Positions 10,756-20,616 of a DNA stretch of 44,240 bases are shown piece after piece. Source of the stretch: an uncultured bacterium. GTDB lineage: Bacteria > Pseudomonadota > Gammaproteobacteria > GCA-001735895. The stretch covers positions 1 to 44,240 of the forward strand of contig CBDUSZ010000003.1 of NCBI GenBank assembly GCA_965370015.1, in the 5' to 3' direction. The notes beneath the pieces were generated by a model, which saw only the letters and a program-made list of their open reading frames with translations, was not told the DNA's origin and searched no databases. A program made the position numbers and the translations under genes. The first letter of the stretch is position 1. The number at the start of each line of letters is the position of its first letter.

Positions 10756-12429
10756 TTAGAACAAGCCCTCGACCTCACCTTTTTGGTTCAGATGAATATT
10801 ATTGGCTGAAGGAACGCGCGGCAACCCGGGCATTGTCATGATATCGCCACAAACTACGACAATAAATTCTGCACCTGCAGACAGGCGAATTTCGCGAATC
10901 GGCACATCGTGACCGATTGGTGCTCCCATCAGGGCGGGATCAGTAGAAAAGCTGTACTGGGTTTTGGCCATGCAGATTGGAAAATTTCCGTAACCATCAG
11001 TTTCGAATTTGGCGAACTTATCGCGTATCTTTTTATCAGCAATGATGTCGTTCGCGCCATACAGAGTGCGCGCGATGTGACGCGTCTTTTCCAGCAGCGA
11101 TAATTCATCGTCGTACAGGGTTTGGAACTGTGCCTGGCCCAAGTCGGCGACTTCTACCACGTGCTGTGCCAGTTCCAGCGTACCTTTACTACCTTCACCC
11201 CAGTGATTACAGTCGAACGCCTGCACGCCGAATGCCTTGCAAAATTCACTGATCGCTTTAAGCTCGGCTTCGGTATCGGCCGAAAAGCGGTTAATGGCGA
11301 CCGTGACCGGTACCCCGAACTGTTTCAGGTTGCGAATATGCTTGCCGAGATTTTCGCAGCCGCGGATAGTCGCATCGACATTCTCTGTAGTGAGTTTATC
11401 TTTTGCGACACCACCATGCATTTTTAGCGCGCGGGCCGTTGCCACCAGTACAACCGCATCTGGATGCAAACCCGCTTTGCGGCACTTGATATCGAAGAAT
11501 TTTTCGGCACCGAGATCAGCACCAAACCCGGCTTCGGTAACGACATAATCAGCCAGTTTCAGGGCTGTTTTGGTCGCGATAACCGAATTACATCCGTGCG
11601 CGATATTGGCAAAAGGGCCGCCATGAATAAAAGCGGGATTATTTTCCAGGGTTTGCACCAGGTTAGGCATGAACGCGTCGCGTAATAATACGGTCATAGC
11701 ACCCGGGGCATTTACATCGCGAGCGTGTACAGGTTTCAAATCGCGCGTATAGCCGATAACGATATTTCCAATGCGGCGGCTGAGGTCTTCAAGATCCGTG
11801 GCAAGACAGAATATTGCCATGATTTCCGAAGCAACCGTGATATCGAAACCACTTTCGCGGGGCGTTCCATTGGCTGGACCGCCAAGGCCACAAGTTATGT
11901 CGCGCAGCGCCCGATCATTCATGTCCATCACACGCTTCCAGGTCACACGGCGAGGATCCAGGCCCGATTGGTTTTCCCAGTGAATGTGATTGTCAATCAG
12001 AGCTGAGAGCAGATTGTGCGCGGCACCAATCGCATGAAAGTCTCCGGTAAAATGTAAATTTATGTCTTCCATCGGCACTACCTGGGCATAACCACCACCC
12101 GCAGCGCCTCCCTTCATGCCAAAGCAAGGGCCGAGACTGGGTTCACGCAAACACATTACCGCGTTTTTACCAATGCTATTGAGACCATCGCCGAGGCCGA
12201 CGGTAGTTGTGGTTTTACCTTCACCCGCAGCGGTAGGAGAAATTGCAGTGACCAGGATTAGTTTGCCATCTTTTTTGTTGGCTAAAGACTTAATGTAATC
12301 TGGAGTAATTTTGGCTTTGTCGTGACCATAGGGTTTCAGGGCACTAGCTGGAATTCCTATCTTTTCAGCAATCTCTACAATCGGTTTCAGCGTTGCTTCA
12401 CGAGCAATTTCTATGTCACTTTTCGCCAT
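10756..12429 (-). CDS. fhs: Formate--tetrahydrofolate ligase
   Basis: SDIEIA N-terminus, [51 protein letters not shown]. Start reassigned to ATG 12429 behind GAGG. Confidence 0.97.
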   Translation of the reverse strand: MAKSDIEIAREATLKPIVEIAEKIGIPASALKPYGHDKAKITPDYIKSLANKKDGKLILVTAISPTAAGEGKTTTTVGLGDGLNSIGKNAVMCLREPSLGPCFGMKGGAAGGGYAQVVPMEDINLHFTGDFHAIGAAHNLLSALIDNHIHWENQSGLDPRRVTWKRVMDMNDRALRDITCGLGGPANGTPRESGFDITVASEIMAIFCLATDLEDLSRRIGNIVIGYTRDLKPVHARDVNAPGAMTVLLRDAFMPNLVQTLENNPAFIHGGPFANIAHGCNSVIATKTALKLADYVVTEAGFGADLGAEKFFDIKCRKAGLHPDAVVLVATARALKMHGGVAKDKLTTENVDATIRGCENLGKHIRNLKQFGVPVTVAINRFSADTEAELKAISEFCKAFGVQAFDCNHWGEGSKGTLELAQHVVEVADLGQAQFQTLYDDELSLLEKTRHIARTLYGANDIIADKKIRDKFAKFETDGYGNFPICMAKTQYSFSTDPALMGAPIGHDVPIREIRLSAGAEFIVVVCGDIMTMPGLPRVPSANNIHLNQKGEVEGLF

Positions 12430-12453
12430 GTTTTCCTCGTTGGAAATATGTTT

Positions 12454-12470
12454 TGGTATACAATATACCA
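12454..12470. promoter_or_regulatory. Palindromic operator-like site TGGTATA-CAA-TATACCA upstream of fhs
   Basis: 7-bp inverted arms; nearly the same site recurs at 43007-43029. Confidence 0.55.
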
Positions 12471-12729
12471 TACTTGATGCGGCCACAAGTACCCGCTTTC
12501 TATGTGGCGTTATCTTATTTGCAGATCGCCCCTGATAGTATCTCAAAAGCGACATCTAACAGTACGTCGACTTTTAAGAAACGCTTTTATGTACCGTAAC
12601 AAACGGCCTATCGGTGCCTAAATCGACTCGCATAATGTGCTGCCAGTTTCACCATTCGGGAGGGGGACGTACCAACCAAATGACCCGGCTAGGATCGGAC
12701 TGGATGGTTAAATCAGATAACGTGAAGAT

Positions 12730-12765
12730 ATGTCTCAAACACTCGATCCCCGGTGTTTGAGACAT
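12730..12765. terminator. Stem-loop downstream of gmaS (terminator or mRNA-stabilising hairpin)
   Basis: Perfect 13-bp inverted repeat ATGTCTCAAACAC...GTGTTTGAGACAT. The T-tract lies on the + strand, so the functional orientation is unclear. Confidence 0.5.
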
Positions 12766-12791
12766 TTTTTAAAAGAGATTAAAAGCAATCC

Positions 12792-14108
12792 CTAACAATC
12801 GAGTGTATTAGCTCGCTCCCAGTCGCTCAGATTCGAGGTATAACTACTCCACTCGTCCATTTTCAGTTTTACGTAAGCGTCGATTAACGCATCGCCCAGG
12901 CCGGCACGAATTACCTTATTCTTATCGAGCTGGCGTAATGCATCGAGCAGGTTCGACGGAAGTTTTTTCGCATTTTTCACCTTGTGCCCTTCTTCGTACA
13001 TATTAATATCCAGAGGGTCACCAGGGTCGCGATTATTTTCGATACCGTCAAGGGCAGTTGCCAATATGCCTGCCTGCATCAAATACGGATTCGCCGCACC
13101 GTCCATCAGGCGCAACTCAAAGCGTCCGTCGTCAGGCACACGAACCATATGGGTACGATTATTTCCACCGTACGTCACCGCATTCGGTGACCAGGTGGCA
13201 CCCGATGTGGTGCGTGGTGCATTGATGCGTTTATAGCTATTTACCGTCGGATTGAATATCGCCGCCATATCATGCGCACTGTGCATGATGCCGCCCAGAC
13301 ACTGGTAAGCAAGCGGCGACAGACCCAGTCCACGATTATCTTTTTTGCTGGTGGCAAACAGGTTCCTGTTGCCGGTTTTGTCCCATAACGAGATATGCGC
13401 ATGGCAACCATTACCGGTTAGATGGCTAAATGGTTTGGGCATAAAAGTAGCACGCATGCCGTGGTTTTCGGCAATAGTCCTGGTCATATATTTGAAAAAC
13501 ACATGCCGGTCGGCAGTTTTCAGGGCATCGTCGAAATCCCAGTTCATTTCGAACTGACCGTTCGCATCTTCATGGTCGTTCTGGTATGGATTCCAGCCCA
13601 ATTCAAGCATCGAATCGCATATCTGGCCGATGACTGGATACTGACGCATCAGGGCTAGTTGGTCATAGCAGGGTTTTGACTGGGTATCCGCCGAATCAGC
13701 CAGTCGTGTGCCATCGGGGGTAATCAAATGAAACTCGCACTCGACGCCTGTCTTCGCGCGATACCCTTTTTTCAGCGCACGTGCAATCTGGCGCTTCAAC
13801 GCGACCCGGGGTGAAGCTTCAACTTCTTTACCACCCATCCACAGATCCGCCGCAACCCAACCGATCTCAGGTTTCCAGGGTAGCTGAATCAGACTATCGG
13901 CATCGGGAAGCGCAAATAGATCCGGGTGCGCAGGCGTCATATCGAGCCAGGCGGCAAAACCTGCAAATCCGGCACCGTCTTTTTGCATGCCTTTTATCGC
14001 ACGAGCTGGCACCAGCTTCGCGCGCAATACGCCGAATAAATCGACCCAACTCACCAGGAAATATTTAATGCCCCTATCTTTCGCTACCTTTTCGAGATCT
14101 TTTGCCAC
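12792..14108 (-). CDS. gmaS: Gamma-glutamylmethylamide synthetase (GlnT-annotated glutamine synthetase family)
   Basis: GmaS-type segments DLFGVLRAKLVP, GAGFAGFAAW, KPCYDQ, DHEDANGQFEMN, TTSGATWSP and C-terminal WER..TLDC. Adjacent to mgs-like genes. GTG start behind GAGG. Confidence 0.9.
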   Translation of the reverse strand: MAKDLEKVAKDRGIKYFLVSWVDLFGVLRAKLVPARAIKGMQKDGAGFAGFAAWLDMTPAHPDLFALPDADSLIQLPWKPEIGWVAADLWMGGKEVEASPRVALKRQIARALKKGYRAKTGVECEFHLITPDGTRLADSADTQSKPCYDQLALMRQYPVIGQICDSMLELGWNPYQNDHEDANGQFEMNWDFDDALKTADRHVFFKYMTRTIAENHGMRATFMPKPFSHLTGNGCHAHISLWDKTGNRNLFATSKKDNRGLGLSPLAYQCLGGIMHSAHDMAAIFNPTVNSYKRINAPRTTSGATWSPNAVTYGGNNRTHMVRVPDDGRFELRLMDGAANPYLMQAGILATALDGIENNRDPGDPLDINMYEEGHKVKNAKKLPSNLLDALRQLDKNKVIRAGLGDALIDAYVKLKMDEWSSYTSNLSDWERANTLDC

Positions 14109-14164
14109 TCTTATTTACCTCTTGTTATTGTGTTCAGTTTTTATGTTCGATCGATATCTACAGG

Positions 14165-16678
14165 TCAATGCTGGTTCAAACTACCAGCCATTGGCACACC
14201 TGATGCGTGAGAAACTACCAAAGTGATCGCACGAAGATCTTCAGGTTCCAGATTTTGAATATTAGTCTTACCGGTGCAACGCGCCATCATCGTCGACTCT
14301 GCTGTAAACGCCTGCAACAAATTGAAACTACGCTGTTCACGTTCCTGCGCACTCAAGTTGGCGCTATAAACAGGTTCGCCAGTCGAAATATCAGCACCCA
14401 GCGAAAGCGCCGCGGCACTGCCAATGGCCAGAACCTTAGCTCCCAGTGCGAGCATTTTTGCACCGTCTGTGCCGGTACGCAAACCGCCAAAGTAAATTAG
14501 ATCGATTTCTTCTTCGCGGTTTAGCGCTCGTAGCTGAGAAATAGCACGTTTCATAATAGCGATATCCGGGGCGCCGGAAAGCTCTCCCCGCAAGCCCGGC
14601 AATCCATTGCCTGAATCCAGCAGCAGGAAGTCGAGCGCCTGTTCCAGTGCAAAAGGAATCGCCGCTTCCAGGTTCGCGCTCTTGACCAGCAATCCCGCGG
14701 CCTGGGCTTTGCCTGCTCGTGGTACCTTACCGGCTGCTATGGCCTCATCCGCCCGATATAAAACACCATCAGCGTTGGCATCAACAGCTCCCTCCTCGAC
14801 AATTTGAATCCATTTGGCGCCCTCTCCAATTGACCTGGAACCAATGTACGCGGCACCATGTTGTGCAATCGATTTTGCAAAGGCCTGCCGAATCTCGTCC
14901 GGTGCATCATCGAAACCGGTAACGGTGAATGGAATATCCAGTTTAATGCTTTTGATTGCACCCAGGTTAGTCGCTGTCTTGCAACCTTCTCGATAGGGAT
15001 CTATAACCAGGCGAGACAGGTTGGCGGGCAGGAAGACCAGGTCGTCTAATGTCGGCAAGTGTTCCTCGCTGAATGGATTATCGCGATTTTGCAGGCGTGC
15101 ATCGAGGATACTGACCTGTTTTTCGACATCATCCGGGGTCAGGCGGGCCATCGCAAAAATAGACTCACGGCTGCTCACGGTATAATCACCCGAGCCTGTC
15201 TCTGCATCACATCGGAAGCAACGCGCTGCCTCGCATTTTGCTTCTTCGGCGGTATAGGTCGATTCGATTTCTGCAAATTCGACTGGCTTTTCACCCAGAC
15301 CATGGAACTTCTGATCGATACGCAGGTTTAGTTCCCAGTCGGGATCGTTACAAATTGGTACACGACGCGTGCGGTAGGGCGTTCGGTAGGGTAAAGGTTT
15401 AGTGTTACCTTGCAGGTAAGCCTTCATGTAGTAAGCCGCACGGTGACCATGATACATCGCTTCAACGATAGTCGAGCCACCGAAAGCGCCATCACCGGCA
15501 CCAAAAATCATCGGGTCTTCAGTGACCATACCCTCGAACCTGGTTTTTACACGGTCCCACTCCATCAGACCAGGCTTATCGAGTTCAGCGCACTCTGCTT
15601 TTTGACCGACAGCAGCGATTACCAGACCGCATTCGATATCATGTTCTGAGCCTTCCACATCGATTGGTCGTCGACGGCCATCCTCTCCGGGTTCGCCCAT
15701 CTCGGTGCGAATGCAACGTAATGCCTTGCCATCGATAACTTCAACCGGCTGGGTGTTGTAGACGATTTCGATGCCCTCCTCGATAGCACCCTGCAATTCT
15801 TCCTTACGCGCCGGCATGCCTTCAGCATCACGACGATAAATGACTTTGACATTTTTAACGCCGGGCAACCGTTTGGCCACACGGCAGGCGTCCATGGATA
15901 CATCGCCACCACCGATAACCAGAACGGTTTCGGGCAATGTTGGACGTTCACCGGCATTGATACGACACAGAAAACCAACACCGTCTTCTACAAATGGTTC
16001 GGCCTCACCGGGTATGCCAATATTCTTACCGACGAATGCGCCGATAGACAGTAGAACCGCATCGTGTTTGGTTTTCAGGTCTTGCAGAGATATCTGCTCA
16101 CCCAAAGCAGTGTTCAGGTGAATCTTGATACCCGGACAATGGCCGGTGATTCGATCGATATCCTGTTGCACCACACCTTCGGGCAGACGAAAACGCGGTA
16201 TACCCCAGACCATCATGCCACCGAGCCGGTCGCTGGCCTCGTAAACATGCACTTCGTAACCCGCTTCAGCCAGATCGTGGGCGGCGGTTAAACCGGCCGG
16301 GCCGGCACCGACGATAGCGGCAGTCTTTTGCTGTGTTACCTTTACCGCGGGAAGCGCATAACCCGGGCCTAATGTGTCCAGTACGTAGCGCTTCAGGTTG
16401 CGGATAGCGATAGGGCCATCGCTGTCTGCACGACGGCAGGCAGGTTCACAGGGCGCATCGCAAACACGGCCACAAATTGCACTGAACGGATTGGTTGCCA
16501 TAATGGCTTCCAGCGCGGCCTCGTTTTTACCTTCCCAGATATATCCGATATAGGACGGCGCATCCGTGCCAACCGGACAGGCTACCTGGCAGGGTGCGGG
16601 AACGAAATGGATATCCGACCTGTCGTCCAGCAAATCCGATGTTGCAGTGATAGAAAATTCTGGATCGTGTTCAGACAT
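14165..16678 (-). CDS. Fusion of a GltD-like FAD/NAD(P)H/Fe-S oxidoreductase and a degenerate glutamate-synthase FMN-barrel domain
   Basis: PCQVACP, CGRVCDAPCEPAC, GAGPAG, GGGDVSMD and EAARCFRC in the N-terminal part. The C-terminal part has LDDLVFLP, GGLRTGTD and ARCTGKTNIQNLEPEDL. Confidence 0.85.
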   Translation of the reverse strand: MSEHDPEFSITATSDLLDDRSDIHFVPAPCQVACPVGTDAPSYIGYIWEGKNEAALEAIMATNPFSAICGRVCDAPCEPACRRADSDGPIAIRNLKRYVLDTLGPGYALPAVKVTQQKTAAIVGAGPAGLTAAHDLAEAGYEVHVYEASDRLGGMMVWGIPRFRLPEGVVQQDIDRITGHCPGIKIHLNTALGEQISLQDLKTKHDAVLLSIGAFVGKNIGIPGEAEPFVEDGVGFLCRINAGERPTLPETVLVIGGGDVSMDACRVAKRLPGVKNVKVIYRRDAEGMPARKEELQGAIEEGIEIVYNTQPVEVIDGKALRCIRTEMGEPGEDGRRRPIDVEGSEHDIECGLVIAAVGQKAECAELDKPGLMEWDRVKTRFEGMVTEDPMIFGAGDGAFGGSTIVEAMYHGHRAAYYMKAYLQGNTKPLPYRTPYRTRRVPICNDPDWELNLRIDQKFHGLGEKPVEFAEIESTYTAEEAKCEAARCFRCDAETGSGDYTVSSRESIFAMARLTPDDVEKQVSILDARLQNRDNPFSEEHLPTLDDLVFLPANLSRLVIDPYREGCKTATNLGAIKSIKLDIPFTVTGFDDAPDEIRQAFAKSIAQHGAAYIGSRSIGEGAKWIQIVEEGAVDANADGVLYRADEAIAAGKVPRAGKAQAAGLLVKSANLEAAIPFALEQALDFLLLDSGNGLPGLRGELSGAPDIAIMKRAISQLRALNREEEIDLIYFGGLRTGTDGAKMLALGAKVLAIGSAAALSLGADISTGEPVYSANLSAQEREQRSFNLLQAFTAESTMMARCTGKTNIQNLEPEDLRAITLVVSHASGVPMAGSLNQH

Positions 16679-16681
16679 TGA

Positions 16682-18658
16682 TTATCCTGCCATTCGATCG
16701 AGAAGTTCCAGCCCAATTTCTGGGCGTTTATTGCCTCGATGGCTGGGGACATAAGGAAGCCCGGTAATATCTGCTGCTTCGGGGGTCAATGCGACCAGGT
16801 CGTCACGACTCACCTTGTGTACGTCATCGTAACCTAGCGCTTTGGTGATGGCTGCAATCTGCCATCGGAGCGATTCTAAATATCTGTGTATGTTCATCGC
16901 CTGACGATCGAGGTCGTAACGCGCTTCGTGGCTCTTGTCCTGGGTGGCTATACCAACGGGGCAGGTGCCGACATGACATTGCATGCAGGCGATACAACCA
17001 CCGGCGATGATGGCCGAGGTACCAACCGAGGTACAGTGCGCGCCGAGAGCCAGCATTTTGACCACGTCTACACCATCCTTGATGCCACCCATCATCACCA
17101 GATCCATGTCGTTACCGGCGTCGATTTCCTTCAAACCGTCTATCGCTTCCTGGACCGCAGACAGTGTGGGAATTCCCACGTTTTCAAGTACCTCGGTGCT
17201 TGCTGCACCGGTGGACCCCTGTAATCCATCGAGTTCGATGAAGTCAAATCCATCCTTGTAGGCAATTTTGATATCGTCATTAACACGCCCGGCACCCATT
17301 TTGATTCCGAGAGGGACTTTATGACCGGTCGCTTCACGAAACTCTTCTACTTTAATCACCAGATCGTCAGCACCCAGTACGTCAGGGTGGCGTGAAGGCG
17401 AACGCAGGTCGATACCCTGGGGAATACCCCTTATCGCGGCCAGTTCAGGGGTCACTTTTTTTGCCATCAACTGCCCTCCAAGGCCCGGTTTGGCACCCTG
17501 GGAAATATAGATTTCTATCGCATCTGCGCGTTGCATGTCTTTAATGTTCCAGCCGAGCCGACCGGACAGGCACTGGAAGATCAATTGATCGGCTTCCTCA
17601 CGTTGCTCATCCAGCATGCCACCTTCACCGGTGTTTTCTGAAATACCCGACAGACGAGAGGCCCGCGCCAGCGCAATTTTGACCGTGCGACTGAGGGCAC
17701 CAAAACTCATCGGCGCAATCATTACCGGCATCGAAAGACTCAGGGGTTTGGCACCGTAACGACCACCAATTTTTGTTTTTAGATTGATACCTTTCAGGTT
17801 TTCCGGATCAGCTGCTAGCGTGGAAACATCCTTTACGAACGCAATATCGTTCAAATGGGGTACCGGTTTTGAAGCGCCATATCCGCGAATTCGGTAACGG
17901 CCCACTTCGCCTTTAATCCAGATATCTTCCTGGACTTTTGCATTCCAGTAATTGGAAGAATCAGACGATATAAAGAAAGGCTGCGGGCGGGTACGGGGCT
18001 CAACATTGGCGTAACGCAGTTTTTTACCGGCATTGACTATTTTTGTAAACTTGCCGTCGAATTTCATCCCATAGCGATGAAGAAATGCGATGATTTCGTC
18101 ATGTTCTACGGGTTCCATATCGACGATCATGGTGTCGGCACCGAGGCTTTTGATTTCTCCACCGACAAAAATCTCACCCGCGCTCATGTCCGAACCGACT
18201 TTTTCTGCCGCATCGCCAAGAATAATAATGCGGCCACCATACATCATGTAGCCAGCCATAAACGCCGCGTTGCCGCCGCAACACAGGGTGCCCGCTTTCA
18301 TCACCTGACCAGCGCGGCTACCCATATTACCGCGGATCACAATTTCCGCACCGCGGATAGCAACACCGGCAATCGCACCGGCATTACCGCCGACTACGAC
18401 AGAGCCGGAATAGATATTGTCGCCTACAGCCCAGCCCACGTTGTGTTCAATTTTGTAATGCGCACCGTCCGACAAACCGCCGCAAAAATATCCGGCAGAA
18501 CCTTTAATATGGACCGTGATCGGGTCAACCAGGCCAACACCGATATTATGGCGCGCATCTGGGTTGATAACTTCAACGTCCTGGGCTTCACGGCCACAGG
18601 CGCGGATTTTCTTATTCGCATCCCTGATGCTGGTTTTGCTTAAGTCAATCGTGACCAT
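16682..18658 (-). CDS. Fused N-methylglutamate synthase-like B (GXGXG beta-helix) + C (FMN/Fe-S barrel) subunit
   Basis: N-terminal GXGXG repeats, then MSFGALS, TGEGG, SQGAKPGLGG, GCIACMQCHVGTCPVGIATQD. Confidence 0.88.
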   Translation of the reverse strand: MVTIDLSKTSIRDANKKIRACGREAQDVEVINPDARHNIGVGLVDPITVHIKGSAGYFCGGLSDGAHYKIEHNVGWAVGDNIYSGSVVVGGNAGAIAGVAIRGAEIVIRGNMGSRAGQVMKAGTLCCGGNAAFMAGYMMYGGRIIILGDAAEKVGSDMSAGEIFVGGEIKSLGADTMIVDMEPVEHDEIIAFLHRYGMKFDGKFTKIVNAGKKLRYANVEPRTRPQPFFISSDSSNYWNAKVQEDIWIKGEVGRYRIRGYGASKPVPHLNDIAFVKDVSTLAADPENLKGINLKTKIGGRYGAKPLSLSMPVMIAPMSFGALSRTVKIALARASRLSGISENTGEGGMLDEQREEADQLIFQCLSGRLGWNIKDMQRADAIEIYISQGAKPGLGGQLMAKKVTPELAAIRGIPQGIDLRSPSRHPDVLGADDLVIKVEEFREATGHKVPLGIKMGAGRVNDDIKIAYKDGFDFIELDGLQGSTGAASTEVLENVGIPTLSAVQEAIDGLKEIDAGNDMDLVMMGGIKDGVDVVKMLALGAHCTSVGTSAIIAGGCIACMQCHVGTCPVGIATQDKSHEARYDLDRQAMNIHRYLESLRWQIAAITKALGYDDVHKVSRDDLVALTPEAADITGLPYVPSHRGNKRPEIGLELLDRMAG

Positions 18659-19548
18659 GTTTTAAATGTTCCTGGTGCTGGTTCTGTCGAATCAATGGAC
18701 TGGCCTGGAAATAAACGGGTAAGGCTGACTTCTTCAGAGGCGATGGCGATCATCTCGTCGGTTTCGAATAAGACCATCGGTTTTGCCGCCAGATGGTCTT
18801 TGGCATAGCCGATTTCGTTGGGGGTTGAAACCAGGAAAGAGAAAGTACCATCCAGATCGTCAATCGCGGTTTCCAGCACGCTGTCGAGTTTATCACCCTG
18901 TGCCAGTTTGTCGGCGAGATAGACCGCAACAAGTTCACTGTCGTTATCGGTATGAAAGGTGAAATCTCGGCGCTCCAGACGGCGGCGCATCTTCCAGTAA
19001 TTGGTAATCTGGCCATTGTGTACAATGGCGATATCTTCGAAACCAGTCGCCCAGAATGGGTGAGCGGCCTCGGGGCGAACCGCGGATTCGGTGGCGAGAC
19101 GAACGTGACCAATACCATGGGTTCCCCTGATTTCCGAAACCTTGTAGGTCGCATCCAGGTCGTGCGCGGTGCCATCGTCTTTAATAAGATCGAGCGTGTG
19201 ACCGACCGAAACCAGCTTTGCCTGGTCTTCGATATCCTTGGTGAAATCGAGCAGGTCACCTTCAAAGTTAACCGCTATCTGGTATGAACAGCCAACCGAA
19301 TGTTCGGTATCAATGATGGCGCCGTGTTTGGCCAGCAGCGTACCAATATTAGCAATAGCCTGTTTTCTCGCGGCATCGTCCGTTGGCACAATGAAACGCA
19401 ATTGCAAAAGATCTTTTTTGTCACCATACAGTGCAAAGCCAGTACTGTCCGGGCCACGATGCTGGCAGCCATCGAGCATATCGATCAGTGTCTTACCGAT
19501 ATCGTGTGAGCCCTGCTGTTTGTATAAAACGCCTGCTATACCGCACAT
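18640..19548 (-). CDS. mgsA: Class II glutamine amidotransferase, MgsA-like (module A)
   Basis: N-terminal MCG (Ntn nucleophile), HRGPDSTG, GHVRLATES, VHNGQITN, DNDSE. Overlaps the next gene by 19 nt. Confidence 0.82.
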   Translation of the reverse strand: MCGIAGVLYKQQGSHDIGKTLIDMLDGCQHRGPDSTGFALYGDKKDLLQLRFIVPTDDAARKQAIANIGTLLAKHGAIIDTEHSVGCSYQIAVNFEGDLLDFTKDIEDQAKLVSVGHTLDLIKDDGTAHDLDATYKVSEIRGTHGIGHVRLATESAVRPEAAHPFWATGFEDIAIVHNGQITNYWKMRRRLERRDFTFHTDNDSELVAVYLADKLAQGDKLDSVLETAIDDLDGTFSFLVSTPNEIGYAKDHLAAKPMVLFETDEMIAIASEEVSLTRLFPGQSIDSTEPAPGTFKTWSRLT

Positions 19549-19632
19549 GTCAAAATCTCCAGAAAAGCCCAATCAGACCTGGGCAGATAGACTACTAGAG
19601 GCGATTTAGCCTGTCAACTGATGTGAACTATT

Positions 19633-19649
19633 GTTTCCTACGGGGAAAC
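19633..19649. promoter_or_regulatory. Inverted repeat GTTTCC-N5-GGAAAC upstream of mgsA, possible XRE operator
   Basis: 6-bp arms located between the regulator gene and mgsA. Confidence 0.35.
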
Positions 19650-19687
19650 TTTAAGTTCTATCTAAACCTACGGATTCAGGTAATACC

Positions 19688-20332
19688 CTATTCGAAAGAT
19701 TGTGAAACGATAATCGACAAATAACGGCAGGGTGATATTAATATTTCGTCGGGCCCGTGCGACGATTCGGCGTCGAAAAACAGCGTATCGCCCGGCTCCA
19801 TGGAATATATTTTGTTGGCATGCCGATAATTCACTTTGCCTTCAAGCATGTAAATCAATTCCATCCCGGCGTGCTGAAATATTGGAAACACCGCGGATTT
19901 ATCGGAGATCGTTATCACATAGGGCTCTATCGTATATGGCTTACCGATAGTATGCCCTAACAACTGATATTGATGCCCGGCGCCCGACCCCCGTCGCTCG
20001 ATGGGCAAGCCCTCGCCATTTTTGATATAGGTTACATCGCGCTGCTCTTCATAGCCACGAAATAAAGAGGTAACCGGCACATGCAATGCATTCGCCAATG
20101 CATTCAAGGTGGCCAGGGACGGTGAAGTCAGCCCGTTTTCAATCTTCGATAACATGCCCGATGACAACTGCGCCTGCTTCGCCACATTAGCCACAGTCAG
20201 GTTCAGGCGCTTACGCAAGGTTCTTACCTGGCGACCAATCGCAATTTCCAACGCCTTGACTGAGGTATCTTCAATTTCAAAAGCCTGGTCGATCTCTTCG
20301 TCCGGGCGCGCTGGTGTCTCTGGGTTTTCCAT
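19688..20332 (-). CDS. XRE-family HTH + cupin transcriptional regulator
   Basis: HTH segment LSSGMLSKIENGLTSPSL and cupin motifs FQHAGMELIYMLEG, PGDTLFFDAESSHGP. Confidence 0.92.
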   Translation of the reverse strand: MENPETPARPDEEIDQAFEIEDTSVKALEIAIGRQVRTLRKRLNLTVANVAKQAQLSSGMLSKIENGLTSPSLATLNALANALHVPVTSLFRGYEEQRDVTYIKNGEGLPIERRGSGAGHQYQLLGHTIGKPYTIEPYVITISDKSAVFPIFQHAGMELIYMLEGKVNYRHANKIYSMEPGDTLFFDAESSHGPDEILISPCRYLSIIVSQSFE

Positions 20333-20616
20333 TCTATGGTCTTCTAAATAGTGACAAAATTACAGAATAGCAAACATTGAATCTAGTGCATAAACAATGA
20401 AGTGCAAATTTCAGCGAGGCCAACGACCAATAGCCAATAATCTAAAGGGCAAGGCTTTTAACGATTGAGCCCTGATTTATGAGTTCGTAAAAGGTTGCCC
20501 CCATAAGAGCCCGCCTATATTCGAGTTTTTTCTTAACTGGATTTCTCGAGCGCTGCTTAGCTGGCGCCAGGTTCCGCATAAACACCTGGCACTTCCGGGA
20601 ACGGCTCCTGTTAATT

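Noticed and set aside
12430-12555. N-terminal extensions in the ORF track for fhs (also folD, mgsA, the regulators and glyA)
   Set aside because: Downstream starts have RBSs and match family N-termini, and the fhs extension overlaps an operator-like palindrome.
12792-19548. Reading module A or B as ordinary GS-GOGAT ammonia assimilation (glnA/gltBD)
   Set aside because: The ligases carry GmaS-type motifs, the synthase is split into Mgs-like subunits without a GltB central domain, and the context is fhs/folD.
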